In this document: positions 13,219-26,500 of the stretch, piece by piece
Layout of the letters: each line of letters opens with the position of its first letter
Position numbering within the stretch: the first letter of the stretch is position 1
Assembly: GCA_009103225.1 (NCBI GenBank)
Contig: RHPI01002090.1
Span: forward strand, 1,411,932-1,475,931
Length of the DNA: 64,000 nucleotides
From: Chlorokybus atmophyticus
Taxonomy: Eukaryota; Plantae; Mesostigma and Chlorokybus algae
Direction of reading: 5' to 3'
The notes under the pieces: model-generated
Database searches by the model: none
Told to the model about the DNA's origin: nothing
Seen by the model: only the letters and a program-made list of their open reading frames with translations
Translations under genes and position numbers: made by a program

Positions 13219-13548
13219 CGATGCAGAACTACAGCGCTCAGCCACCCTCCAAAACAACGACCTCAAAGCCGCAAGCACACAACCCGATGCTACCGGTAGC
13301 TGGCGCACCCAGCACGCAATTGAACGTAGCTAAGCAGATGAAAGCTGCTGCCAAATCCGTTGCTTGCTCGTGTGTTGAGCACCAGCCTTCGATGCCCGCC
13401 TGCGGACAACTGCCGGCGACTGCAGTGCGCGAACCGAGTCAGCAGCACGCCAGCAGCTTTGTCAGCAGGAGGCAGCGTTGTCGCCGGCGTCGGCATGGCG
13501 ATGACGGTGGCGGCGCCGCATAAGCAGTAAAGCTAGCCCTAGAAATAG

Positions 13549-16002
13549 ATGGAGGCGCCGCGTCACCTGGAGGTCGCGGAGTTTGTCAATGCGAGAGCGT
13601 CGGAGATCCGGGCACTGGATGCCGCCTTGCAGGTGCGGCAATGTGTGGTTCTGTGGTTCTTCTGCGGGCAGCCAGTTATCATCATATGCAGTCGCTTCTG
13701 AGCCACTGCCTTCAGCAACCACTGTCAGCATAACTGAGAACTTGCTAGAGCTTGGCCAGGCTCTACTGGCCTGGTGTCGTTAGCAAGCATGCATGCGTGC
13801 ATGCATGCACTGCCCTTGTACAAGTGAACAACGTAAAGCATGAGCGCATGTCGTCAAGGTCAGTGTGAACATTGACATACAGTCGTTGAACGCCTTGCAT
13901 GTTATGCTGCGGGCAACTGTGTGGTTCCGTTGAGGGCAAGTTTCGCGTGCACTGTGGTTTGCAACAAGAGGAGAATGATAAGCCGTTTCGTCAACATCTT
14001 CCAAACACACGCGCCTTCATGCCTTCGTAATGGTGTTTAACACTGCTGCATGTCCTTACGTAGCATGTGTAATATAAAACGAGTTGTTGCGGTTGTGCTT
14101 TGGGTCACGCGATTGGCTTACAGTCGCTTGTCGTGCTGAAGGCGGAGCCCAGTGTATTGCGGGGATTTGCTGCATTGCCTCGTGCTCTGCGAAGGCGCAC
14201 ACGCAGCCATGTGCCTTACCGGCACGTGCTCAGACCCAATGCAAAGCGCAAGTGCGCTGAAGAGGAATCGCAACCGCTGCCTCTAAACAGGCGACAACGC
14301 CGCAGGCGACACCTTTTGCTTGACAAAGCACGTCTGAGTGGCTTGCCAGAGCACGTTGGGTTGCGTCAGCTGGAGACTCATGTTTGGCATGCCAAGCGTT
14401 TCAAGATGGGCACACGTTGGGGCTATAACCTTGCAGAGTGCATTGCGGGCAAGTACGCCACTGCATTGGTCATTTCAGAAGACATGAGTTGCTATAATGA
14501 TGGTTGTGTGTTCAGGGGTAAGGGCTTGAGGTCTGTTCTACGCTCGTTGAAAACTGGCGTTGTGCTGCATGATGCTTCTTACTGGACGGTCATTGAGCTG
14601 CAAGGACTAGAGGTACGCTTGTGCTTGACATAATAGTTATGTGGTTCCGTGGCCAGGTTGACAGTGGCATCAACTGTCATACAGGTTGGAATCGAAGCAG
14701 TTCTCAACAGCACAGTGAGTCTAACCCCGTCCATGCCTGATGCTGCCAAGACGGGTAGCAGGGCGTACACAGTCTTGGTGCGCAAGCACTTTTAAGCCGC
14801 AATGCGATCAGCTAATTCGTGCTGTCTTGTTGCTCTGCTGTTCACCTGGCACTGAGTGAAGCTTTTAGCTGCACAGACCGAGCAAGTTCCCAAGTGGTGC
14901 CATAGGACCTGCGCAAGTCTTGTGGCAACCTCCTCTACCTGAACCAGCAGTATCGCAGACGCGAAACGTCTGGCTGTGGGTGCATGCTGCCGCTGCTGCT
15001 GAAGCCTATGACGCCATTCACGATGCAGCCAGACAGGTACGTTGCTTGCCTTGCAGAATGATGGACGTGTGATTAGCTGGACTTCGCCTTTATCAGTTCA
15101 GTCACTCTCATACTGACGCAGTTAAGCGAAGTGCCCGTAACGGTGTCAAGAAGGAGCGGTGAATTTGTTCGACTGGAGTTGATGGGTGGTGCTGCAACTG
15201 AGCTATTAGCAGCTGTTATGAACCCAGTTGCCACCAGCAGTGTTGTAAGTGTAGATTTGCACAGTGTGCAATGCACAGACTGTGTAGTCTCCCTGAATGT
15301 GCGGGATCCTCGAGAAGCTCTGCCCCGCTCCACGCGGATGGACTTTCTGCGTAGAAAAGCGGAACATGAGACTACTATTTCCAGTATTGTTCAAGAGTCA
15401 GCTGCAGACGAATACGCAGCTTCCAGTCACAGCACAGGCGCCAGCCCACTGGTTGACAGCATGGATGTTAACACAGGTTTGCTGCCTTTGTGGGTAGCAA
15501 GTCCCATAGTGCAACCTCCACCGGAGCAAGAGATTTGTCAGCGCAGGCACGCTGCACGCAAACCAATGGCACAGCCCGAAGCAGATGGCCAATCAAATGC
15601 AGCGATCTGCCCTGCCCTGGTCATCCCCCAACCTCCACCTCAGCGTGAATCCTACTGCGCGGGCTGGTCTGTGATACTACCTGCAGGCTGGGCAATGCCT
15701 TTCTGGATGGCATTTGTGATGACAGGTGCTCGACCCATTGGGCTTGTGGAGCGTCGTTGGCTTGCAAAAGAGGTTGGTAGCATTTCAGGACCCTGTGCAT
15801 TGCGTGTAATGTCTATGCATGTGCTTGACGTGAGGCCTGCGTGCAGGTTGGGACACGAGCGTTTCCATACGACTATCCTGATACAATAGCATATGCAGAG
15901 TACCACCAAGAAGAAGCGCAACGCGCCGCTGCTACAGAAGACCGAAAGCCACTGTCAAAGCGTCAACGTGTTATTGACCCTGAGAGGAGCAGTATTACAT
16001 GA
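13549..16002 (+). CDS. POP1: RNase P/MRP subunit POP1
   Basis: Exons give MEAPRHLEVAEFVNARASEIRAL..RRRTRSH..LETHVWHAKRFKM..WG..LHDASY (POP1 N-terminal domain), then GWSVILPAGWAMPFWMAFV..GARPIG..FPYDYPDT (POPLD). The 3' end is uncertain. Confidence 0.88.
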
Positions 16003-16370
16003 TGTAGATAGCGATCTGCGTATTTTGTAGATTGTCAACTTCTGCAGCGCATACAAATATTGATAGGTGCATAAGCAATGCGGCTGTGTATAAGATTGAA
16101 TGTACTATTGCAAGCATGCAGTTTGCAGCCAGCAGTGCTTGCTATATGTTGGGCATGCTCATGCAAAAGTCATGGTAGTTGTGCTAACGCAACAACTATG
16201 CTCACACACGCACCTTAGTATCACATATCCAACCACCGGGTCACACACCTATGCTATCACACTACCACTACTCCACCCCGTTAGACATGCATGCATGCAT
16301 TTCAAGTCCGTCGCCTGCACGCGTGTGCAGGTAATGGACTTGTGTATGTGCATGCCATTGCGTGCGTAAT

Positions 16371-16570
16371 GTTGGCATTTTTGGAGTTGGACAGATCCGT
16401 TTAACTTCATCACAAGATCGAGTCATATGAAATAGATTAAACATTTTCATATAACCCATGACACTTTGTACTTTGGTTGGTGTTCACAAATTATGGCCAA
16501 CTTGTGGCTGTGGCAAAACATCATTTACTTTACGCACGTTTACGTCAACACCATACCAAATCATGCCAAC
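16371..16570. mobile_element. Candidate 200-bp MITE-like AT-rich insert with short terminal inverted repeats
   Basis: Left end GTTGGCATTTTTGG, right end CCAAATCATGCCAAC (reverse complement GTTGGCATGATTTGG). The interior is AT-rich. No clean target-site duplication. Confidence 0.35.
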
Positions 16571-19275
16571 TACCATCATCATTTCAATTCTCTTAAGTTT
16601 GCTTATAACAAAGCACAAACCCGCATTATTAGCATGGGCACCTCGAGCTAGCTTGTCAGTTGTTATGATGAAGTTGCTATGTCAAAGCCCTAGTTAGGAA
16701 ATGGCTTCCAACAGCCGTTAGCATAGCATCAAACACATGTGACACGGCTTATCTAAAGAGATGCATCGCACTTGGTTATTATCAATTCATTAATGACAAC
16801 GTGAGTGGGCTCCGTTCCTTTATGAAAAGCGATGCTTGTGAGTTGATGTGACAAAAGGAGAGCCACCCCGGCTGCCAGGAAACCTTGCCCGTGTGCACGT
16901 GTGAGCGCGCATGTGTACATTAATTCAAACAGCCGCAGCATGCGATATATATATGTTGCATTGTTACATGTTGTTCACATCCACGACAATCGCACCATTA
17001 CGTGCCATGGTTTGCCAGCGGCGAGCTGTGCGCACTGCTTGCCATCACATGTAAACTTGGTCGATGTGTGTGGTTCGTGTGATCGGTCGGATGGCCATTT
17101 TAAATCACACATTATTCTCTGTTGATAATTGACAAAGTATAGCACCTACATATTGTTGTGCTCATTCACCTCATATGCACACACATGCACGTGCACTATC
17201 GCACTTGCATCCTTGTAAACATAGCAGAATCATACGCCCGCTCAAGCAACGGCTTGTGAAACAGCACTACAACATACTTGCACAGCACTGAAGCACACCC
17301 GCCCTCCTCCTAACCTGCCTGCGCTTGCTGCTGCTGTTGCTACGCTCTGTCTCTGCCTGCCAAGCCTATTTCTTTACCACTACTGCCTTGCACAGGTCCT
17401 TGCCCCTTCTTGCCCAATCTTTGCCTGCCTGCCTGCTTGCTGCCTTACCTCCGCCCCATTGCATAGCACTGAGTTATTACACCAATAATCAACAGCATGC
17501 CCGGTTGTAATTGAAGAGCCCTGCATGTGCACTGTGACTGTGATTGTGTGCATGTGTGTGCCACTTGCCTTGCTACCGAAAGCCTATACTTATAACAGTG
17601 GCTTGTTGAGTTATAATACGCCCTTCTTGCTTAATTGAGTGTTTATTCATTGGTGCTCGTGCAATAGTTTAATATCAATAGTTACACATTATGACTGTAG
17701 CTCGAAGACTACAGTGGAGGGTTGCAGTAATTTGCATAGGGTAAATTAAAGGGGCCACAAGATAGTGCGAGGCAACCAGTAAGCAACCAACAATTAAGCC
17801 AATATAATCACCACAAGCAAGACAACCGCAAACAAAGCTAACCAACTACACCATGACGGCTGATCGTCGTGTACATCATCACCATTGTCGTTGTCATTAC
17901 CGTCCACTGTCTACCTGCAAGCGCCGTCCCAACCGCAGCCTTGCCTGCCTCTGCCATTCTGCAAGTAATTTGTTGGGATCTACGCCAACCGTCACTACTA
18001 ATTGCTCTTGCATGTAGAACATTTGTTGCATAAGTAATCATTAGTAAGCTCGAAGCAAACATCAATTGGATTCATTTGAGGAACTCAAATGCATTTCAAT
18101 TAACATATAATTAACGAGTGCTGGAGTGGGTATAGAGCATACTCATCTCTTTGTATTGGTACACAGATCGCATGAATTGCATTTTCTTAATCATGCAGCA
18201 TGAGTAGGGTACTTTAATTCCGAATTCATTGTATGTATTTGGCAAATACAATGCGACCTTAACAATTATAAAAGTCACTTATAGTAAGCGCACATCTGAT
18301 AAGTGCATATGCGCAAGTAATGCTGAATGTGACCGTTATCAACTTTATGGGACACGCGGTAAGCACACATATATATGTATATATATATATGTATATATAC
18401 ATACACATTTTTTAATGAATGCATTTTAAAAACCGCGTCAACTCTGAGTATATGCATTTATCAAAAAAGATTACGGAAAATGTGCATGCAAAAAACAGTT
18501 AAATTGCATGTTAAACACAAATAATTTAAAACAAGTGGATTTGATTATAACAGCTTAATACGTTCATCATCGATGCCTTCATACCTGGCACAAGTGCGTG
18601 ACTGATGTACATGAGGAGATTGTGTACCTTATGGACTCAATGACTTGCATGATTCTGACCATTGTTATGCACTTACCGAGGCTATACTGTACCGGTATGA
18701 GGTACAGTGTATATAGAGAGAGAGGCTCTACCTCATACTGCATGAGGCTCGTATGCCATGAATGATGAGAGACACAAGCCCACCTGTATACCGGCACAGT
18801 GCAACTGTACACATTGAACTTTACACTTGTGATTCACAAGTTGTGACCTCAAGTGCTGAAAGCTGAGCGCACATCATCTGTCCGTACGTTTGTACATGTA
18901 CGTACATCAGCGGCTCGCGTCAACGTACGGCTGCGGCGGTGGTCGTGGCGGTGGCGGTGGCGGGCGTTTGTTAGTAGGTCGCTCCGGTCGCAAGCGGCGG
19001 ACAAGCGCGACACCTATGTTGAGCCCGGAGCGCCACATGGTGTAAGGCCGAACGCATCTGTGGGAAGGAGCATTGCGCATGCACAAACACAAGCTGAGTG
19101 TGCTCGTTTATTTTCGCCTCAAGTGCGGCTCACAGCAAGGCTTGGAGGCGTGCTCAGCAACTGCTGCTGCTGCTGCAACGTCAGCCTCGTTGCTGCTTGC
19201 GGCACTGTCTTCAGCTTTGACGCGATGCGCGAGTTGTGTGAGTAATTGAGAGTAGGAGGCATTTCTTCGCTGCCG

Positions 19276-20243
19276 ATGGCCGCAGCGGCGGTAACGGCGC
19301 TTGCGACGGTGTTGCTGTGGCTGCTGCGGGCGGCGCAAGCATGCAGCACCGAGCATGCTCTGGTGGGGCAAATGTTTCCCATCGTCACGATTCAACATCA
19401 GGCGAGGGGCCACGTGAAGATCCTGGATGACTGCTCTTTCCAGGTCAGCCTCAATGAATCAGCTGCATTGCGTAGCCTTGCTGCATAGCTTTAAAAAGCT
19501 CAAACTTTGATCATGAACCCAATCAGCGACGCATAATGCACAACATAATGGTCCTTATCGTTAGCCAACAAGACAAGAGCAAGTTCCATGTCGAGGTAAA
19601 GCATTGGTCGCGCCTTGGGCGGGAGCAGACAGCCGCTTGCTCAAGATACTGTGCGCAACTACCCTAACGTTTAGCGTGCATAAAAATGGCATAAGCTAGG
19701 TTGCTTACATGCTTGTTTCCAAGTCGCTTGCATGCATCATGGCAAGGAAACCAGTGGGGCTTGCTGCTTGGCAAGCATCCCAGGCGCATGCAACGTGAAG
19801 TGGGAACGGTCGTCTCCAGGTGCTGCAGCTGGAGTTGGTGGAAGGATCCTCAGTCTTCTTCTGGGGAGCTGCAGGAACTACACCAGAAGAGCTGTTCGTT
19901 GGTGGAAGAGTTTCAGAGTACCGAATTTTTGGCCACTATGCTGGCTCTACCATTCAGGTGCCTGTTGTCGTGATTTGATGGTTTATCAATTGACTTGTTG
20001 AAGTTTCACATCTCTCTTGTTGCCTTTCAACACATGTTTAGCTTGCGTTTTCTTGGCAGGCAACATTGACGGACGGAATAACCTGGGACGATTTCAATGT
20101 GCTCTCCATCTGGGACGAGGATTATCAGGGTGATTTTGGCCATGCAGTCCTACGCGGCTCCGGCGCCAATGCAGAAGTGTTGTCAGCCTTCAATAACTGC
20201 GTCCAACTGGCTCCCAAGTAACTGGCTTTATCACCTTCACGCA

Positions 20244-20286
<43 letters not shown>

Positions 20287-23009
20287 CATCAGACTGCTGG
20301 CAACGCATGAGCATGTTGTAGACCGTGCGGAACACACTCATCATGCAGGCTGCAGTTGCGATGGACGCTTGCGGAACCTGGTAGCATAGACATTGGGCTC
20401 GAGGGCATTGCGCCAGATGGCTCGTATCTGGCGTTCGGGTTTGCTGACCCACAGCGAGAGCACCAATGGATGCTTGGTGCAGATGTCACTGTCACCGGCT
20501 TTTACAAGGTTTGTCATTGCTCGGTTGCTGCAGATGTCGTTGATTGATGTGTCTTTCTGGGTTGATATGTTTCTGTCACCTGCTCTCCAGCAATGCTAAA
20601 TGCTGTGACCAGGGCACTCCGATGGCTGTAGACTTTGCTTTGACGGATTACGACGACTGCAACCCAGATGCTAGCGGACAGCTGCAAGGAGTCTGTCCGG
20701 ACTCGGTGCTGGATGGCAACCCCGCTAGTGATAGCTCGCAGCTTCTTTATGCCCACCAGCTCTTCGGTAGGTTGCGCTGAGTACGTGTGCAGGTCTCCGT
20801 GTTGGGTGAAACTTTAAACACTATAACAGGTGTCACTTTGGTGCGTTTCCGCCGCCCGGTCCTGTACTCTCGCAGCGAGCCTAAGGGCCTGGATGTGGAC
20901 ATCCTGCCTGACATTGAACAAAACATGGTGTTTGCATTGGGCCAGCTGCAGGAAGCCACCGTTGCCTCTCAGGCGCTGGTTTTGCCAATGGTGAGTTCAA
21001 AAAGGCCACATGGCATGCAGTCTTGTATCTGTACATGTCCTTAGATAATTGTCCCACAGATGCATGGTGATCACAAGGGCATCGACCGAGGCGTCGCAAG
21101 GATAAGACTTGGCCGTCCTGACGACCCTCCCATACACGACTGCCAGCTTTTAGACGTGTCGAATACGTGGTCTGTTACGACAATGAGGGGCGTCACGACA
21201 TTCACGGTGGACAGCAATGTCCGAGGTACTTATCCCAACCCACCTGCGCCTGGGACCAGAAGCTTTCACATCAACGGGTTTGAGACTCCAGTCCTTGAGG
21301 TAAGTCTACCTTGTTCTTGTGAGCAGCTGCATGGTAGGGGCTCACAAGCTGTATTCGCATCAGGTGGTGAGAGGCACGCAGTACACCTTCAACGTGACGA
21401 GTAGCGAGTCATTTGTGTTGACGTCACATCCAGTCAACCCGAGTCTTGGCACAGTGTATGCTGGTGATGAGCACACGCACGCAAGCGGACAGCAAGCTGT
21501 CACCTTGACTTGGACCCCCGATGCTGCCACGCCAGACAGGCTGTTTTACAACAGTTTTGATCAAGATAAGATGGGCTGGCTTGTAAGGGTTGTGAACTCC
21601 CCTTCACCATTGCCATCCCCTGGTCCTTTGGATGAGTATCCCAATCAAGCTACCTTGCAAGGCGGGCATGTAAGGCTGCCATGGCATCTGTGTGTCTGGC
21701 CGCATGTATGGCATGGGTGATGGCAAGGCACATCGTATACTTCTTCACAGGTCAAGATGGGTTGGAAGTTCAAGGGAGACAGAATGTATATTGGTGTTAC
21801 GTTCAATCAACGGGCGCAGTGGCTGAGCATTGCTTTTGGCAAGTGAGTGTGGGTCAATGCTGTCCAAGAGTGGTATGCTGCCGTGCTGTGTCCAGCAACT
21901 GTCTTCGGAAGAGTTAACAAAGCGGTCGTGTCACAGTGCAATGCCAGACTCCTGGGCTTATGTTGGCTGGATCGACGGCAATGGAGTTGGCAACATCGAG
22001 TTGTACTACCTGGCCGGCCATCACCCGGATGATGTTCTCATTCGAGATGGACACGTAGCTAATAAGCGCGTGACGATGACAGAGACCTCGTTGACCATCG
22101 AGTTCTCAAAGCCGTTTATGCCTTTGCACGAACTGCAACCTGGCAATGAAGTGGACCTGAATGGCTCTCTGTCTGTGCTTTGGGCGTATGGTGACAGCTG
22201 GCAGACGGGCTCGCTATCCAAAACCAACGAGCACACGCGCAACAGCGGCGCACCCACCATCGTCGACTTGCAAACCGGTGAAGCCAGGGTTGTTCCAGTC
22301 ACTCTATGGCTGCTGCATGGGCTCGGGATGTTCACTGCGTGGGGTGTCCTCGGTCTCGGCGGTGTCGCATCCGCGAGGTACTTGAAGGCCAAACCGGATG
22401 CGTTGTGGTTTAAGCTGCACCAGCGCATGCTGTACTCGGCGGTCGCCGTGTTCCTTGTGGCACTCGTGCTGGCTGTCATTGCTGCTGGCGATAGCCAGTT
22501 TGACAGCTTCCATACGTATTGGGGCATCTCAGCCGTAGCATTGGGTGTGCTACAACCTGTCAACGCCCTTTTCCGCCCCCCCGCACCCAAAGGCGGAGAC
22601 GAGAAGACCAACAAACGCCACATATGGGAATGGCTGCACAAGTGGGTGGTTGTGAGCGCTTCATTGTGTCACTTGTTGGATGCAATCGCATGGTCACTAA
22701 TTGGCTTGTGTTGATAGGATTTCCGGCAGGACTGCCTTGACATGCGCGATGGTTGCGCTGCTCACGGGTATCGCCATGCTGCCTGAGATTGGCTACAGCG
22801 GCTTGGCGATACCTGCCACCTTGCATCTTGTTGTGGCGTTGGCAGTGGTAATCTACTTGGAGGTGAAGCAACGCCGCGCGCTCACCGTATGCATGCCAGC
22901 CGATACTGACGGCGATAAGTCAGAAAGCAGCGAACTTCTCGTGGCCTCACGAGCGCCCTCTTTAACAGAACAGCGGCATAAGTCTATCGAGTTGACACCT
23001 GATGTGTAG
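19276..23009 (+). CDS. Secreted/membrane DM13-DOMON-cytochrome b561 protein (At5g54830-like)
   Basis: Signal peptide, then QHQARGHVKILDDCSF and TWDDFNVLSIWD..DFGH (DM13), two DOMON-like segments (YLAFGF..MLGADVTVTG; YVGWIDG..), and a b561 region with four His (LLHGLGM, KLHQRM, SFHTYWG, WLHKW). Confidence 0.88.
20245..20285. repeat. (TG)n microsatellite, intronic
   Basis: About 20 TG units seen directly. Confidence 0.95.
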
Positions 23010-23489
23010 TGTGTGTTGCATCGCAGGCACCTTTTGTTACAGCTTGATTGGTGCAGACGCATGTACACTGTGTTTATCACTGCACATGTGGCAATCGCAC
23101 ATCAAGCTTGGGTTCTTGGTGTTTTGCTTTGTGCAAATGTTGCACAAGCCAACGTCATCATCATTGCATGCACGCATGCGTCGCCACCACTGTCAGTCGT
23201 CCAGCACATGACTTGCATGTGTTCATCGGCGCGATCGGCATCTAGTGGCTTCACGCAAGATGCCACACATATCCACGTGCAGTGATGGTTGCAGCGTGGC
23301 ACTGTCCCAAATGCTACCAACACTGTCCAGTAGCAAAATGCATCAGCACAAAGGGCAAACATTGCACACGTGTTTGACCAGCGCCAAGCTAGCCTTGAGC
23401 TCTCTCTCAGCTGCCAATGAATGCAGTAAGGCGAGCTAACTTGGCGCAGAGCTCATAGCAGCACTTGCCAGTACTTGCCTTCACCTCGA

Positions 23490-23532
23490 CTTGCGTGTGA
23501 GGCTGTCTCAGTGAGACAGCCTCACACGCAAG
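23490..23532. promoter_or_regulatory. 43-bp perfect palindrome (21-bp arms, 1-nt spacer) 40 bp upstream of the FAD oxidoreductase ATG
   Basis: CTTGCGTGTGAGGCTGTCTCA-G-TGAGACAGCCTCACACGCAAG seen directly. A regulatory role is inference. Confidence 0.6.
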
Positions 23533-23572
23533 GCCTTAGCCACGTGAGAAAGCCGTAGGTGAGTGAGGCAAC

Positions 23573-26500
23573 ATGGCGGCGGCGGCGGCGGCGGGAGCGT
23601 TGGTGGTGCCGGCGGCGGGCGCCGAGCGGTTCTGCCTCCCGCGCAGGTCAGCAGCAATACGGCGCCGTCCAAGTGCTGTGCCCACGATTTGCCAGCAGCT
23701 GTCGCCGCCGCGCCTGACTGTAAAGACAAAGAAGCAGCAGAACAACGACGCGCAGGAGACGGCGACGACGACGACGACGACCACCAGGAGAGCGAGCAGG
23801 CCACGAAATACAAGCAATGCAGGGAATTCAGCAAACCAGGTTTGGCGAGTACACGCGCCAGTGAACTCCATGCGCTGGCAGCAGGTTGCATGGTTCATGC
23901 CAGTGGTGTGGTATGTGTCTCGCCACAAGCTTGATATTCAATTGGGATGCCTGTTAATGACTGCGCACTTCACACGATAGATTCAGGCGATGTCAGTCGT
24001 TGACGTCAACTATGCAGGCCTTGGACATACTCAGTTAGTTTTTGCCTCATGCCTGTTCATGTATTGTTCATTTTTGCACTTGTCTTGGCAACGTTCAAGT
24101 GCACCGTGCTTGTTGCACTGCGTTATCAACGCCACTTCAACTTGATGAGCTGCAACAGTTGACATTTATACAGCATCAGCGGCAACATCGTGTTCTTGCT
24201 CTGCTCTCAGGTCTGGCGAGTCCTCGGAGTCGAAGTCCCGCCAGCCGAGGATCCCGGCAAGGACCACGTCGGCATCCATGACGCCCTGCGCGATGCCGTC
24301 GCCTCCAGGCTCAGTTGCCAGGTGCGCACTCCACCATCTTCATTGTTTGCCACCTTGACAGTGCAGCTTGCCTTTGACAATGCCTGTAATTGAACCTAAA
24401 CCGCACATGCAAAACTGTTGAAGTTTACTGCATGCATTGCAGGCTGATGTGCTTCCTTTGGACGCAATCACCGTTGTGCGAAAGTCGTTCGATGCACGCA
24501 AGGTACTACTCAACTTGTCGGCTTATGTGGTTACTAAGGATTTCACTTTAAGTTGAAATGCTTCCAGAGTCAAAGTCAAGAACGGGCTGTTATTGGTTGG
24601 CAGGACGAGTGTTGTTTCGTGTACGTGGTGGACATCAACACTGGTATTCTATCCACAAGCACACGCAAGCGACTGAGACTGAGGCCGCAGCCAGGCCGAT
24701 TGGAACCGATCTCAGGATCAACCGATGAACCTGCCGATACCGACACCACTGCAGCTGGGCCAGGCCCAGGGTCCCAACGCAGTGCGGGAGGCCAGGATGA
24801 TGATGGGGTGATCATTGTCGGGTGTGGACCTGCTGGACTCTTCGCGGCGCTATCTCTGGCTGAAGCCGGCGTCAAAGTTACGCTGATTGAGCGCGGCGCG
24901 CCCGTCGAGACCCGCGGGCGGGACATTGGCGCCCTGTTTGCGAGGAAATTACTCAATGAAGACAGCAACCTTTGCTACGGTTCGTTGTTGGGAGAAACAC
25001 ACGCTTAAGCCTTGCGCTTGCATAGCTAGTTGGGTTGCTCAGTCTTGCTATTATCCAAGCCGTGTTGAGCAATAGATGACTGGTGATGCTGTGAGCAGGT
25101 GAAGGTGGGGCAGGGACATGGAGTGATGGCAAGCTCACTACGCGCATCGGCAAGAACAGCGATGAAGTCCGCCACGTCCTCGCCACGCTAGTCAGGTGGG
25201 CTTGTGTGTGGGTCAGGTGGAAGGTAACTCAAGCAACCATTGCAAGCTTGACTGTTTTAAGTAAAGTGTGCTGAAGGCATCCACCATCATACGCATGTGC
25301 AGGTTCGGGGCTCCGTCGCGCATCCTGGTGGACGGCAAGCCGCACCTTGGGACGGACCGACTTGTGCGCTTGCTGAAGGCGTTCCGGCGCCATCTCGTGG
25401 AGGACCTCGGCGCCACCCTACGGTTCCACACCGCCCTCGAGGACCTCCTCGTGCACAACGGCCGCGTGGTTGGAGTCAAAGTCCGTGACCTCCAAGGGTG
25501 AGTAAGGAAGTGAGGCAGTCTGAAAAGAAGTGAGGCAGTGTTGGTGTGCGCCCACGCACACGCAAATGCGTGCATGCACATGCGTGCACGCATGCGCATG
25601 CGTGTACCTGCATGTGTCTGCGTGTGCGTGCTTTGTTCTGTGGTGGTTGTCTGACTGTTTGTGTCAGGGGGTCCGAGGAAGAGATCAAGGGTCAGTACGT
25701 TGTCTTGGGTGTCGGGCACTCTGCGCGGAAAGTGTACGACATGCTTTTGCATCGGCACAACGTCACTATCACGCCCAAGGACTTCGCACTTGGCTTCCGC
25801 ATCGAGCACCCGCAGGAGTTTATTAACAGAGTGCAGTATGGTGTATGGGCCGCCGAGGTCCCTACCGGGAAACTCCCTGTAGCAGACTATCGCCTCTCCG
25901 CGTCCAACATCCTGGCTCAACATACACAACAAGGCTCTGACGGTGAAGGACGGGGTTGCTACTCCTTCTGCATGTGTCCCGGTGGACAGGTGCGTGTGCA
26001 CATGCGCGCAAACTCTGTGTATGTGTTTGAATTACAATCCCAAGACACTGACGTAACACATGCATTGCTAACGTTTGCCAACAGGTGGTCCCAACAAGCA
26101 CCAGCGAGGATGAACTCTGCGTCAACGGGATGTCCTTCTCGAGGAGAGCTTCAAGGTGTGCAGCAATGACACCACAATCACCTCACAGTCACCTCAACAC
26201 CCTCAATTTCAACCCTTACAGATGGGCGAATGCGGCGCTGGTGGTGACCGTATCGGCCGCCGACTGCGTTCGATACACGGGGGATACAAGCGCGCTGGCG
26301 GGCGTACAATTCCAGCGACTCATTGAACGCGAGGCCGCCATCCGCGGAGGTGGCAAGTTTGTCGCACCCGTCCAACGTGTCACCGACTTCATGGACGGCA
26401 TTGTGTCCGGTACGTCCACACATTGGGGTCACTTGTTGGTAGCTATTGATAAGTATGTGAGTATATGTGTGCAACATTGATCTGAAACTCCTCACAACTC

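Noticed and set aside
18925-19050. Possible fifth copy of the small-ORF family (GGCTGCGGCGGTGGTCGTGG...GTAGGTCGC)
   Set aside because: The similarity is limited to a low-complexity GC-rich start, and the diagnostic hydrophobic helix is absent.
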